The position numbers and the translations under genes are program-made. Under the pieces are notes generated by a model. That model ran no database searches. It worked only from the letters and a program-made list of their open reading frames with translations, and had not been told where the DNA came from. A DNA stretch of 64,000 nucleotides. Source: Candidatus Gastranaerophilales bacterium. GTDB taxonomy: Bacteria; Cyanobacteriota; Vampirovibrionia; Gastranaerophilales; Gastranaerophilaceae. This document shows positions 27,352 through 37,932 of the stretch, piece by piece. The stretch lies in NCBI GenBank assembly GCA_947624325.1, contig CANQJT010000006.1:34147-98146 (forward strand), written 5' to 3'. The first letter of the stretch is position 1; each line of letters begins with the position of its first letter.

Positions 27352-28701
27352 TTAGTATCTTTCAAGGTATAAATCAAGCTCATAAGGAGATACTGAAGTC
27401 CTAAATCCGTCCCATTCAATTAGTTTAGATGACATAAATTCTTTAAATATATGTTCGCCTAATGCGGATTTTACAATAGCACTCTTCTTCATCAGCATTA
27501 ATGCATCATATAAACTACCCGGTAAAGTTTCAATTTTAGCACGTTTTCTTTCTCTGTCATCCATTTTAAATATATTTTTATCAATATCTAACGGTGGTTT
27601 TGTTTTCTTTTGAACACCGTCTAATATAGCTTCCAATATTACCGCCAAAGCCAAATAAGGATTACAAGAAGGATCAGGTGAACGAAGTTCAACCCTGGTT
27701 GCATTTCCTCTTTTTGCAGGCACTCTTATTAAGGCTGAACGATTTGCTAATGACCAGGCAAGATATACGGGAGCTTCATACCCCGGCACCAGTCTTTTAT
27801 AACTGTTTACCGTCGGATTTGTTATAGCTGTAAAACTCCTTACATGATCCAGCAATCCGCCTATTGCATATAAAGCGGTTTCAGATAATTGATGAGCTCT
27901 TTTGGCATCATAGAATGTATTTTTTCCGTTTTTAAATAACGATAAATTACAGTGCATACCTGAGCCGTTTATTCCAAATATCGGCTTTGGCATAAATGTA
28001 GCATGCGAGCCGTTTAAATTTGCTATTGCTTTAACTGCATATCTGAAAGTTATTATATTATCAGCACTTGTAAGTGCATCTGCGTATTTAAAATCAATTT
28101 CATGTTGACCGGCTGCTACTTCATGGTGGCTTGCTTCTACTTCAAACCCCATTGAACTGATTGTACGAACAATTTGTTTTCTTAAATTTTCACCCATATC
28201 ATCAGGAGCAACATCATAATATCCTGCCCTGTCATGCGTTTCCATTGTAGGTCTGCCGTTTGCATCTCGTTTAAACAAGAAGAATTCGGCTTCAGGTCCT
28301 ACATTCATTTCATAGCCTAAATCTTTTGCTTTTTTCATCACCCTTTTTAAATTTGCTCTCGGGCATCCTTCAAACGGTGTCCCGTCAGGGTTATGTATAT
28401 CACATATTATCCTTGCAACATTTGTCCCGGTTGTTTTATCTTCTCTGAACGGAAGCAGTGTAAATGTCGATAAATCCGGATAAAAATACATATCTGATGT
28501 TTCTATGTTCCTAAATCCTTTTATTGATGAACCATCCAGCATTGTTTCATTATTTAAAATTTTATCTATTTGAGAACTTGGTAAAGACATATTCTTTACT
28601 TGTCCGTTTATATCGCAGAATTGAAGTTTTATAAATTCAACTTTTTTTTCTTTGATAATTTTTTTAATTTCTTCTTCGGTATATTTTGGTTTTGTACTCA
28701 T
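27352..28701 (-). CDS. glnA: glutamine synthetase type I
   Basis: 449 aa with FCDINGQ, GPEAEFFLF, NGSGMHCNLSL and RVELRSPD motifs. Confidence 0.95.
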   Translation of the reverse strand: MSTKPKYTEEEIKKIIKEKKVEFIKLQFCDINGQVKNMSLPSSQIDKILNNETMLDGSSIKGFRNIETSDMYFYPDLSTFTLLPFREDKTTGTNVARIICDIHNPDGTPFEGCPRANLKRVMKKAKDLGYEMNVGPEAEFFLFKRDANGRPTMETHDRAGYYDVAPDDMGENLRKQIVRTISSMGFEVEASHHEVAAGQHEIDFKYADALTSADNIITFRYAVKAIANLNGSHATFMPKPIFGINGSGMHCNLSLFKNGKNTFYDAKRAHQLSETALYAIGGLLDHVRSFTAITNPTVNSYKRLVPGYEAPVYLAWSLANRSALIRVPAKRGNATRVELRSPDPSCNPYLALAVILEAILDGVQKKTKPPLDIDKNIFKMDDRERKRAKIETLPGSLYDALMLMKKSAIVKSALGEHIFKEFMSSKLIEWDGFRTSVSPYELDLYLERY

Positions 28702-28787
28702 GCTCCGACCTTTCTTTTTAACTTCCGATTTTTATTATAATTTTTTTTGGATAAAATAACAAGCAATTTTTTAAGTTTAAGAAAAAA

Positions 28788-28827
28788 TGCACTAAAAAAA
28801 TGACAAATATGTCATTTTTTTAGTGCA
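28788..28827. promoter_or_regulatory. perfect 18+4+18 bp palindrome between the GT-C gene and glnA (terminator and/or operator)
   Basis: TGCACTAAAAAAATGACA-AATA-TGTCATTTTTTTAGTGCA, followed by a T-run on the minus strand. Confidence 0.5.
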
Positions 28828-28889
28828 AATCGTCTTATTTTTAATACATTTTTCATTAACTTAACACTTTTAACAAAAATTGCACATTT

Positions 28890-30419
28890 TTAATTAATTG
28901 TATGAATTAAAAATATTTCATCAAATTTTTTTTCATTATATTTAATTTTTTTTGAATTCAATATATTTTCAATTTCTTCTATATCACTGCATCTAAAGTA
29001 TGTTTCATTATTTCTTGAATATATCCAAAAATTTATATTTATATTTTCATCGATGAATTTAGCAGAAACTTTACTTGTTTCTTTAAAATCTATATTGCCA
29101 TATGAACGAATATCAATGGGATTAGTATATTTAAAATATTTTTTATAATATTTTACGGCATATAAAAGCCCCTCACAGGCTAATATTTTTTCACCGTCCT
29201 TATAATTTTTTAAAAGTTCATGCGAACATTCTTTTACTTTTTCTCTCAACTCTTTACTTCTTGACCTGTCATACTGCAGTTTATAATCGACCATAGCATT
29301 AAAAGGTATATTATAAAACGGAATTTTTACTCCTAAAATAAAAATCATTAATATAGTTAGAATTACATTAGTTATAAAATTTATACCTTTAATTTTAGTT
29401 TTTATCGGAGAAATATCAAAATTCTTAGCTAACAGCATTATATAAATCGGAATAAAATATAGCATTAATCTTCCGGTAAACGGGTATATTTTCAATACGG
29501 AAGCACTAAATGCAAAGACATAGATTAAACTTACCAAAATTGCTTTTTCTTTGTTATCTTTATATAAAATTCCGCATCCTAAAACCAATAAACCTATTAA
29601 AAATATAACATTTTTAAAATTAAAGTCATAAATAAAATACATACAATTATTTTGCAGATAATAATATAAGAAATTATTATAAAAAACTATACAGCCGTTT
29701 TGGTCAAAATCACACCAGAAATTCCGCATAAAATGAAATACTTGTAAATCATAAAAACATAAAGCTAACCCTGATAAAATAACACCTGATAATATAATTA
29801 ATGCCTTAGGATTTAACTTCCTTCCCGATATCATTTTAGTTATTACTATTGCCGGTATTATGAACATAGATGGAAATGAAAATAATACAAGAATAATTGA
29901 TGCTATAGTGTAAATCAATGTCTTTTTTATGGAAATATTACTTATATCCAACCATTTATATAAAATCAAAAGCATTATACAAATAACTACATCGGAAGAA
30001 TATTGTTTAAATTCGGCGCTGTAATATACAAGACCGATACTAACGGAAAATATAAACATACCGGCAATTATACCGATTTTATTTTTAATAACATCTTTTA
30101 AAAGAATATAAAATAAAAATAATGAAGATATTCCGGATACAACAGGTAATAATCTAAAAGAATATTCATTAAACCCAAACAATTTAACTATCACAAACGT
30201 TCCCAAAAGAAATAAAGGAGGGGATTTTTGGTTTGCTTCCAACGGTAAAAACATTCCCCAAATATCTCTATCTATAAAGGATAAACTAAGCATTATTTCA
30301 TCAAGCCAAAATGGCAATTTTGCAAAGTATAATTTAAACCTTAAATAAATTCCTATTAAAATAATTAAGGTGATAATTATAAAATAAACTAAATTAATTA
30401 TCTTTTTTTTATTATTCAT
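28890..30419 (-). CDS. GT-C-fold-like membrane glycosyltransferase (ArnT/PMT-like), paralog 1
   Basis: 509 aa with about 11 TM segments, PFWLDEIMLSLSFIDRD (DE motif in the first loop), AEFKQYSSD and a C-terminal soluble domain. Clearly paralogous to 30435..31940 and 33797..35324. Confidence 0.5.
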   Translation of the reverse strand: MNNKKKIINLVYFIIITLIILIGIYLRFKLYFAKLPFWLDEIMLSLSFIDRDIWGMFLPLEANQKSPPLFLLGTFVIVKLFGFNEYSFRLLPVVSGISSLFLFYILLKDVIKNKIGIIAGMFIFSVSIGLVYYSAEFKQYSSDVVICIMLLILYKWLDISNISIKKTLIYTIASIILVLFSFPSMFIIPAIVITKMISGRKLNPKALIILSGVILSGLALCFYDLQVFHFMRNFWCDFDQNGCIVFYNNFLYYYLQNNCMYFIYDFNFKNVIFLIGLLVLGCGILYKDNKEKAILVSLIYVFAFSASVLKIYPFTGRLMLYFIPIYIMLLAKNFDISPIKTKIKGINFITNVILTILMIFILGVKIPFYNIPFNAMVDYKLQYDRSRSKELREKVKECSHELLKNYKDGEKILACEGLLYAVKYYKKYFKYTNPIDIRSYGNIDFKETSKVSAKFIDENININFWIYSRNNETYFRCSDIEEIENILNSKKIKYNEKKFDEIFLIHTIN

Positions 30420-30434
30420 TTAGTTTCCTTTTAA

Positions 30435-31940
30435 TTAATCTAATGTATAAATCAGATACATTCCCTCAAAAAAGTTAATTTTATAATCTTTTTTAAGATT
30501 TTCAATTATATAATCACTATCGCTGTCTCTGAAATAACATTCGTAATCTCTGCCCCAGAACCATAATTTATAAAAATCCTCATTCTTTTTAATAAACTTC
30601 TTTGAGGTTTTATTAACTTTAACAGTCCAATCTTTATCATATTCACTAAATGCAATATTTTTTTTATAATTATAATATTTTTTATAATATTTTGTATAAA
30701 ATATAAATTCTTCAGAAGCTAAAATTTTATCTTCAAGTTTAAAATTATCAAGTACAAAAAGAGTATATTCTTTTGCTTTGGATCTGCTTTCCAAAGAACG
30801 AACTCTATCAGTAGGTTTTCTGAAATCAATCATACTTTCGTAAGACACAGTTAAAAACGGAATATTTACTTTTAAAATCGAAAATATAATTATTAATAAA
30901 AATATTCTATATATAAATTTATATTTAGGTAATAAATCACTTAAATCAAATAATTTAACAATCATTATTATAGATACCGGTAAAAAATATAGTGCTAATC
31001 GTTCTGAAAAAGGATATATTTTTAATAAAGAAAAAATTAAAGATAAACAAATTAAAATTATTAATTGAAAAAATCTGTATTTGTTCTCTTTTAGAACCAA
31101 TAAAAAACCGATAATTATTATGGGAGTTATTTGAAAAATAAAATAATGGTGATAATTATACAACAGGTATTTTATTGTTACTAAAAACATTTGAATAAAA
31201 GATTTTTCGCTAAACCAATATTCTTTCATAAAATGACAAACGTTCACATCAAAGAAATATAACCAGAGTCCGGAAAATATAACTCCGCCCAAAATAAAGA
31301 AAGTTTTATTTGTAATTTTCTTTTCTTCAATATATTTGGCAAGAACAATTGAAACTATTATAAACATTGAAGGAAACGATAAAAACACAAATACAACGGA
31401 TAGCAGTGTATACAATATTATTTTTAAATTTGAAATATTTTTAAAACTGATAAATCGATAACTGTATATTAATAAAATAGAAATCAGAACATCAGTTGAA
31501 TAAGGTTTAAATTCCGCACAATAAAAAATAAGAGGGATAGAAAATGCATAAAGAAAAATACCAAAAACTGCACCGATTTTATCCTTAACAAATTCTTTTA
31601 ATAAAAAATAAAATCCAAACATAGACAAAATTCCGGATATGTATGGAACAAATCTAAAAGCATATTCATTAAACCCGAATATTTTAACACTTATAAAAAC
31701 AAGGCATAAAAATAACGGCGGAGCTTTTTGATTTGCCTCTAACGGGAAAAACATTCCCCCAATATCCCTATCTATAAAAGATAAACTCAGCATCATTTCG
31801 TCTAACCAAAAAGGCGCTTTATATAAATTTAATCGTGTTCTGAAATAAATACCCAAAATAAAAATTACTGTAATTACAGTGAAAAAAAGTATATTTCCAA
31901 AATTCTTATTCTTACTAATTTTACAAATATTATTAAACAT
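30435..31940 (-). CDS. GT-C-fold-like membrane glycosyltransferase, paralog 2
   Basis: 501 aa with PFWLDEMMLSLSFIDRD, ANQKAPPLF and AEFKPYSTD. Aligns with paralog 1 along its length. Confidence 0.5.
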   Translation of the reverse strand: MFNNICKISKNKNFGNILFFTVITVIFILGIYFRTRLNLYKAPFWLDEMMLSLSFIDRDIGGMFFPLEANQKAPPLFLCLVFISVKIFGFNEYAFRFVPYISGILSMFGFYFLLKEFVKDKIGAVFGIFLYAFSIPLIFYCAEFKPYSTDVLISILLIYSYRFISFKNISNLKIILYTLLSVVFVFLSFPSMFIIVSIVLAKYIEEKKITNKTFFILGGVIFSGLWLYFFDVNVCHFMKEYWFSEKSFIQMFLVTIKYLLYNYHHYFIFQITPIIIIGFLLVLKENKYRFFQLIILICLSLIFSLLKIYPFSERLALYFLPVSIIMIVKLFDLSDLLPKYKFIYRIFLLIIIFSILKVNIPFLTVSYESMIDFRKPTDRVRSLESRSKAKEYTLFVLDNFKLEDKILASEEFIFYTKYYKKYYNYKKNIAFSEYDKDWTVKVNKTSKKFIKKNEDFYKLWFWGRDYECYFRDSDSDYIIENLKKDYKINFFEGMYLIYTLD

Positions 31941-32031
31941 ACTTATATTATATTATAAGCATATTTAAAATTGAAAAATTTTAGTAATTTTAAACTTTTG
32001 ACATTAAAATATTAAGCAAGATAATAATAAT

Positions 32032-33804
32032 ATGAACAAAATAATAATATCTCAAATTAACACTATCGCAGGGGACATATCATTTAATAAAGAAAAGATT
32101 CTTGAATGCATAAAAAAGGCAAAGAATCAAAAAGCCGATTTAATAATTTTTCCCGAGCTTGCTTTAATAGGATATCCGTTCGGCGATATATTTATAAGGC
32201 ATAAATCAATTATTGAAAGAGAACTGAAAGCTTTAAATGATATTGCCAAAAATACCGAAAACATTACAGCTCTGGTTGGTTTTGCGGAGCCTACAAAAGA
32301 TGCCAACAAGAAACCTTTTTATAATTCTGTTGCAGTAATACAAAACGGAAAAATTATTGATACGGTAAGAAAAAGATTACTGCCAAACTATTCGGAATTT
32401 AATGACTACAGATATTTTGAGCCCTCTGACAAAGTATCAAAAATTTTGGAATTAAACGGTGAAAAATTTGGGATTTTGGTTTGTGAAGATAGTTTTAATG
32501 ATAAATCATTTTTTAAAGATAAATGTATATATAAAATTGATCCTGTTAAAGAATTAATGGAACAAAAGCCTCAAACATTAATAAATTGTTCATGTTCCCC
32601 CTCAAGATGCGGTAAAGAATATATTAAAAACGGATTATTTTCATCTATCGCAAAAAAATACAAAGTAAATTATATATATGTAAATCAAGCAGGATATGCG
32701 GATAATCTTTGTTTTGACGGAGCATCAAGAATATATAATACAAATGGTGAATTAACATTAAGAGCAAAATCTTTTGAAGAAGATTTTGTAATAACAGACA
32801 ATTTCCAAGGAGAAATAAATCCGCTGCCGGAAGGCTCGGATAAAAAATTTGAATTGATTGATTTGAAATCTGATTATGAAAAGGATTTAGACAGGACATA
32901 TAAAAGTATAATTTTCGGTATCAGAGAATATTTTAGAAAGAACGGATTTAAAAAAGCGGTTTTAGGTCTGTCGGGAGGGCTGGATTCTTCTATCTGTGCA
33001 GTACTTCTTTCTGATGCACTCGGCAAAGAAAATGTATGGGGAATATCTATGCCAAGCAGAATAACCTCTAAAGAAAGCAAAAATGATGCAAAACTATTAG
33101 CGGAAAATCTCGGAATAAACTTTTTTGAAATTCCTTTAGCTGATGCTATTGACCCTTTAAAATCAATGTTAAATACTGCTTTTACAAATATAGAAACCGA
33201 AAAGTTTGAAAAATCAACAACAATAGAGAACTTACAGGCACGATTAAGAGCGACTCTTTTATGGAGTATATCAAATGAGCATAAACAAATGCTCCCTATT
33301 GCAACAAGTGATAAATCAGAGGCTTATATAGGTTATGCCACGGTTAACGGAGATATGTCAGGCGGATTTGCACCTATTGCGGATGTAACTAAAACAAAAC
33401 TATTTGCTCTCGGAGATTTTTTAAATAAAAATCGAGCACACAAAAATGCAATTCCGCAGGCAATTTTAGAAAAGCCTCCGGGAGCTGAATTAAAAATTAA
33501 TCCTAAAACAGGTAAAACAGTTTGTGCCGAAGAAGAAAACATGCCTTATGAATTCTTGGACGAAATTATTTGGAATGTTGAAACAAAAGGTTATGGTTTT
33601 GACGAATTAATAAAGCATGAATTTTATTATGAAAAAAATAATAATCTTTCAATTGAACAAAAAAAAGAATGGATTAATAAATTTTATTGGAAATCCAAGT
33701 GTGCTGTCTACAAATGGCATATTATTCCGCCATCGGTTGTTGTTGATGTAAAATCAATTAACTCTGTCGAATACCGCCAGCCGATTATTTCAAAAGTTAA
33801 TTAA
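32032..33804 (+). CDS. nadE: glutamine-dependent NAD+ synthetase
   Basis: N-terminal CN-hydrolase domain (FPELALIGYP...VCED) and C-terminal NAD synthetase domain (LGLSGGLDSS). Confidence 0.9.
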   Translation: MNKIIISQINTIAGDISFNKEKILECIKKAKNQKADLIIFPELALIGYPFGDIFIRHKSIIERELKALNDIAKNTENITALVGFAEPTKDANKKPFYNSVAVIQNGKIIDTVRKRLLPNYSEFNDYRYFEPSDKVSKILELNGEKFGILVCEDSFNDKSFFKDKCIYKIDPVKELMEQKPQTLINCSCSPSRCGKEYIKNGLFSSIAKKYKVNYIYVNQAGYADNLCFDGASRIYNTNGELTLRAKSFEEDFVITDNFQGEINPLPEGSDKKFELIDLKSDYEKDLDRTYKSIIFGIREYFRKNGFKKAVLGLSGGLDSSICAVLLSDALGKENVWGISMPSRITSKESKNDAKLLAENLGINFFEIPLADAIDPLKSMLNTAFTNIETEKFEKSTTIENLQARLRATLLWSISNEHKQMLPIATSDKSEAYIGYATVNGDMSGGFAPIADVTKTKLFALGDFLNKNRAHKNAIPQAILEKPPGAELKINPKTGKTVCAEEENMPYEFLDEIIWNVETKGYGFDELIKHEFYYEKNNNLSIEQKKEWINKFYWKSKCAVYKWHIIPPSVVVDVKSINSVEYRQPIISKVN

Positions 33805-35324
33805 TACTATTTAATTGCAAAGCATAATATAAGCCATAATGAAATTCTTTAAATGTAATATTTTTCTCTTTTAATTTTTGTTTAAAAAAATCTTTTGCAT
33901 ATATTTTTTCTTTATCATCATAGCTGTTTTCAAATGTTATCCAATATTTATAATTTAATGATTGGTTATTAAAAAAATCCGTAAAACTCTTTTCCCATTG
34001 TTCTTTGGAATTAATGTAAATTTCAACTTCCCAATCCACAGTTTTATTAAATTTGTACATTTTTTTATAAAAATTAAATGAATCATAATATATATAGTTA
34101 AATAAAAATTTATCATTATCAGAACAGTTATTAAAAATATCAACGGTTACATTTTTAATATTATTTCTTTCGTCAACAGACATATTTATAATTTTATAAT
34201 AATTGAATTTTTCATCAAATTTTATTTCAAAAATACAAAATAAAATTATAAAAAGTAAAAAGACTTTAAGTACATTAAAAATTATCAAAGGTATTTTTTT
34301 TATAAATACAGGATTATCAGCAGATTTAATAATAAACATTATAAATAAAGGAATTAAATATAATATTATTCTTCCTGTTAAAGGATATATTTTCAAATAT
34401 GAAGCAGCTGATATAACAGCTATAAGAATTATATAAAATATTGTATTTCTTTTTTCAATAATTAAATATAATAATCCTAATAAAATTAACAAAAATGTTA
34501 ATTTAATATAATAAGGCTGTAATACCCCCCCCCGGTTGTATCACAAATAAATAAAAATCTTTAAACGTTGCATATAAAGAAGTTGCCGATGGTTTAATAA
34601 AACCGGTTTGCCAATCATTTTCCAATATTTCTGTTACTCTTAAATCTTTATATACTAAATATAGATATAGACTTGAAGTGAAACTTCCTAAAAATATCAT
34701 TACACCCGGAAATGTTATTTTCTTTTCTTCAATAAATTTTGCAATCATCATAGAAGGAATTATTAATATTGAAGGAAATGAAAATAATATAATTATATTT
34801 GAAATTATCAGATATACTATTACCTTAGCCCATATTGATTTAAATGGCTGTATATTTTTTAAACTCATATATTTATAACTAAATAGTAATAATATACAAA
34901 TTAAAACATCCGAAGAATAAGGTTTAAATTCTGCAGAATAATAAATGAGTACAGGATTAACAGCAAATAAAAATAAACCTGTTAATAAAACCAACTTACT
35001 TTTTATATAATCATTTAATAAAAAATAAAAAGCAAATAATGATAGAATTCCGGATAATAAAGGAATTAATCTTAAACTATATTCATTATAGCCGAAGATT
35101 TTTTGCACTATTAAAACTAATGAACAAAACAAAGGCGGAGCTTTTTGATTATCAACTAAGACATGAAAAAAATTTAAAAATTTTTCATCAATAAAACTTT
35201 GACTTAAAACTATTTCATCTATCCAAAAGGGTATTTTAAATAAATATATTTTAAGTCTTAAAAAAATTCCAAGAACTACAATAAGAATAACAAATATATA
35301 AAAAATAATATTAAATTTTTTCAT
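33797..35324 (-). pseudogene. GT-C-like paralog 3, split into ORFs 34503..35324 and 33797..34492 by a frameshift at a G9 tract
   Basis: The N-terminal half carries PFWIDEIVLSQSFIDEK...AEFKPYSSD and the C-terminal half LKIYPLTGRIILYLIPLF, matching paralogs 1 and 2. Removing one G from the tract fuses both halves into about 508 aa with no stop. Confidence 0.8.
34525..34533 (-). repeat. homopolymer C9 (G9 on the coding strand)
   Basis: Counted directly: aataCCCCCCCCCggttg. Confidence 0.95.
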
Positions 35325-36864
35325 TTACTTTTTCTTGTTCAAATTTTTCAAGTTTTAATGCGACTTGTTTTCTGTTGCTTTGATATCCGTACATAAAGTA
35401 AATTACAATTCCAAGTACCAGCCACAATGGGAATAACATGGCAGAAGTTTTAACTTCTCTTAAAGCAACAAACATAAGTCCAGAGCAGAATAAAACACCT
35501 ATAATAGGGAAAATCGGGCAGCATGGGACTTTAAATGAACGAGGTCTATCGGGTTCTGTTTTTCTCAATATTAAAATTCCTATACAAACTATTACAAAAG
35601 ATGAAAAAGTACCAAAAATAGCGAGTTCTGCCGCAACCTGCATATTAATAAACAATGTACCGATTAAAATTAATATTGTTGAAAGTATTGTAATGACCCA
35701 AGGTGTTTTAAATTTAGGGTGAACTTTTTTCATAACAGACGGTAAAAACCCGTCACGAGCCATAGCATACAAAATTCTTGTAGTACCGAATTGAAGCACT
35801 AAAAGAACCGAAGTAAGTCCTGCCAAAGCTCCGATTGCAATAGCACCTGCGAACCAATCCTGTCCCACAAAGCTCATAGCGGCAGCTATAGGAGCTTTTA
35901 AATCAATCTGCCCCATAGGCATCATGCCTGTTAATACGACAGTTACAAGCCCGTATATAATTGAGCATATAACAAGTGAACCTATTAAGCCGATAGGCAG
36001 GTTTTTCTGCGGATCTTTAGTTTCTTCTGCGGCTGTTGATATTGCATCAAAGCCGATATAAGCATAGAATATTGCAAATGCACCCATTAAAATACCTTTA
36101 ATGCCTGAAGGTGCAAAAGGAGTCCAATTTTCAGGTCTTACATAGAATGCTCCTACACCTATAAATAGGGCAATAACAGCCACTTTAACAAATACCATTA
36201 TTTTAGCAAAGTTAGCGGATTCTTGAATACCTTTAAATAATATCCCTGCAATAACAAGTATAATAAACATGGCAGGCAGATTAACACAAATAGGAATACC
36301 CAGGAAATGGGGTATTACAGCATCAGGGTTGGCTGTAATTGCGCTTTGATAATCATTTACAAGCCAAACTGGCGGATTTTTTATACATTCAGGCAGGAAA
36401 GGAAATCCTTCCAAAAGTTTTATAAGATAACCCGTCCAGCTGGATGCAACTGCAATTGTACCGATTGCATATTCAAGCATTAATACCCAGCCCATCATCC
36501 ATGCAGGAAACTCACCCATTGTAGCAAATGTATATATATAAGCACTTCCTGATACAGGTATCATAGAAGCGAATTCAGCATAACATAGTGCAGGAAAGAT
36601 ACATGCAACAGTAACCAGCAATATGGAAATAACCAAAGCAGGGCCTGCTCCGACACGTTCTGCCGTTCCTATAACAGCTGAGCCAATCATAACAAATATC
36701 CCAGCACCTATAATTGCACTGATACCGAGTATTATTAAATCAAAAGCATTTAGACTCTTTTTTAATCCGCATTTAGCCGATTCTTCCAAAAACTCATCGG
36801 GATTTTTTCTCCTGAGCAAATTGCATACAAAGTTTTCCAGTAAATTTTTTGCGGGTTTTTGCAT
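35311..36864 (-). CDS. APC-superfamily amino acid permease (cationic amino acid transporter-like)
   Basis: 517 aa with 12 or more TM segments and GAGIFV...YAEFASMIPVSGSAYIY...AYIGFDAISTAAEE motifs. Confidence 0.8.
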   Translation of the reverse strand: MQKPAKNLLENFVCNLLRRKNPDEFLEESAKCGLKKSLNAFDLIILGISAIIGAGIFVMIGSAVIGTAERVGAGPALVISILLVTVACIFPALCYAEFASMIPVSGSAYIYTFATMGEFPAWMMGWVLMLEYAIGTIAVASSWTGYLIKLLEGFPFLPECIKNPPVWLVNDYQSAITANPDAVIPHFLGIPICVNLPAMFIILVIAGILFKGIQESANFAKIMVFVKVAVIALFIGVGAFYVRPENWTPFAPSGIKGILMGAFAIFYAYIGFDAISTAAEETKDPQKNLPIGLIGSLVICSIIYGLVTVVLTGMMPMGQIDLKAPIAAAMSFVGQDWFAGAIAIGALAGLTSVLLVLQFGTTRILYAMARDGFLPSVMKKVHPKFKTPWVITILSTILILIGTLFINMQVAAELAIFGTFSSFVIVCIGILILRKTEPDRPRSFKVPCCPIFPIIGVLFCSGLMFVALREVKTSAMLFPLWLVLGIVIYFMYGYQSNRKQVALKLEKFEQEKVNEKI

Positions 36865-36884
36865 TTATTTGTTTCCTTTTTATA

Positions 36885-37775
36885 CTATACATTGCACGGT
36901 TGTTTTTTCAACAAAGGGAAGCCGAGCTCCTGTCTTTGTTCAACATATAATTTTGCAACCATTGCAGCCATTCTTCTAACTCTATTTATATAATTAATTC
37001 TTTCATCACGGCTTATAACACCTCTTGCATCCAGAAGATTAAATGTATGAGAGCATTTCAATACATAGTCATAAGCAGGTAGCACTATTTTAGCCTCTAC
37101 GCAAGATTCAACTTCCGCTTGAAATAAATCAAACATTTTAAATAATCTTTCTGCACTTGAGTATTCAAAATTATATTTTGATTGTTCAATTTCATTTTGC
37201 AGGTATATTTCGCCGTATTTTAATTCTTTATTCCACATAACATCATAAACGGAATCAACATTTTGTAAGTACATAGCAATACGTTCAAGCCCGTATGTAA
37301 TTTCAAGGGCAACAGGTTTTATTTCAAGCCCTCCGACCTGCTGGAAATATGTAAACTGAGTTATTTCCATGCCGTCAAGCCAAACTTCCCAGCCGACACC
37401 TGCAGCACCTAATGTGGGTGATTCCCAGTTATCTTCAACAAATCTTACATCATGCTTGGATAAATCTATTCCCATAGCCTCTAAGCTCTTTAAATAAAGC
37501 TCTTGAGAGTTTTCGGGCGAAGGTTTTAATATAACCTGATATTGAAAATAATGACCGAGCCTATTGGGATTTTCGCCGTATCTTGCATCGGTCGGTCTGC
37601 GGCATGGTTCTACCATTGCGGTATTCCAAGGTTCAGGCCCAAGTGAACGCAAAAATGTTGCAGGGTTCATTGTGCTTGCACCCTTTTCTATATCATACGG
37701 CTGTTGTATTATACAACCGTAATCACTCCAAAACTTCGATAAATTCAATATTAATTCTTGAAACGTTAAACCCAC
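36885..37775 (-). CDS. glyQ: glycine--tRNA ligase alpha subunit
   Basis: [18 protein letters not shown]...[18 protein letters not shown]...[21 protein letters not shown] start. No glyS adjacent. Confidence 0.95.
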   Translation of the reverse strand: MGLTFQELILNLSKFWSDYGCIIQQPYDIEKGASTMNPATFLRSLGPEPWNTAMVEPCRRPTDARYGENPNRLGHYFQYQVILKPSPENSQELYLKSLEAMGIDLSKHDVRFVEDNWESPTLGAAGVGWEVWLDGMEITQFTYFQQVGGLEIKPVALEITYGLERIAMYLQNVDSVYDVMWNKELKYGEIYLQNEIEQSKYNFEYSSAERLFKMFDLFQAEVESCVEAKIVLPAYDYVLKCSHTFNLLDARGVISRDERINYINRVRRMAAMVAKLYVEQRQELGFPLLKKQPCNV

Positions 37776-37932
37776 AATTTTTTTTCCTTTTTATCTGGCT
37801 ATAATATTTTATATCAAACATACAAAAATTTAAATTTAATAATTGTGTTTTTTACACTTTATAAAAATAAAACTTAATAATTTTAATCAGATTTACTTCA
37901 CAATAGAATTAAGTTTATTATAAAATATAAAC

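Noticed and set aside
27144-27419. ORFs 27144..27404 (+) and 27168..27419 (-)
   Set aside because: They overlap tRNA-His (27175-27251), the glnA terminator and the 3-prime end of glnA, so they are spurious.
28788-28827. GlnR/TnrA or NtcA operator in the glnA-upstream palindrome
   Set aside because: The core TGACA-N4-TGTCA matches neither TGTNA-N7-TNACA nor GTA-N8-TAC. It is kept only as a generic palindrome finding.
37776-37932. T-box, riboswitch or leader elements upstream of glyQ, and likewise upstream of lysS (1372-1530), metK (8171-8240), leuA (57579-57643) and glnA (28702-28889)
   Set aside because: These intergenic regions are too short (60-190 nt) and too AT-rich. I could not find T-box, SAM, L-box or glutamine-riboswitch core sequences by eye. 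I cannot exclude small elements without a covariance-model scan.
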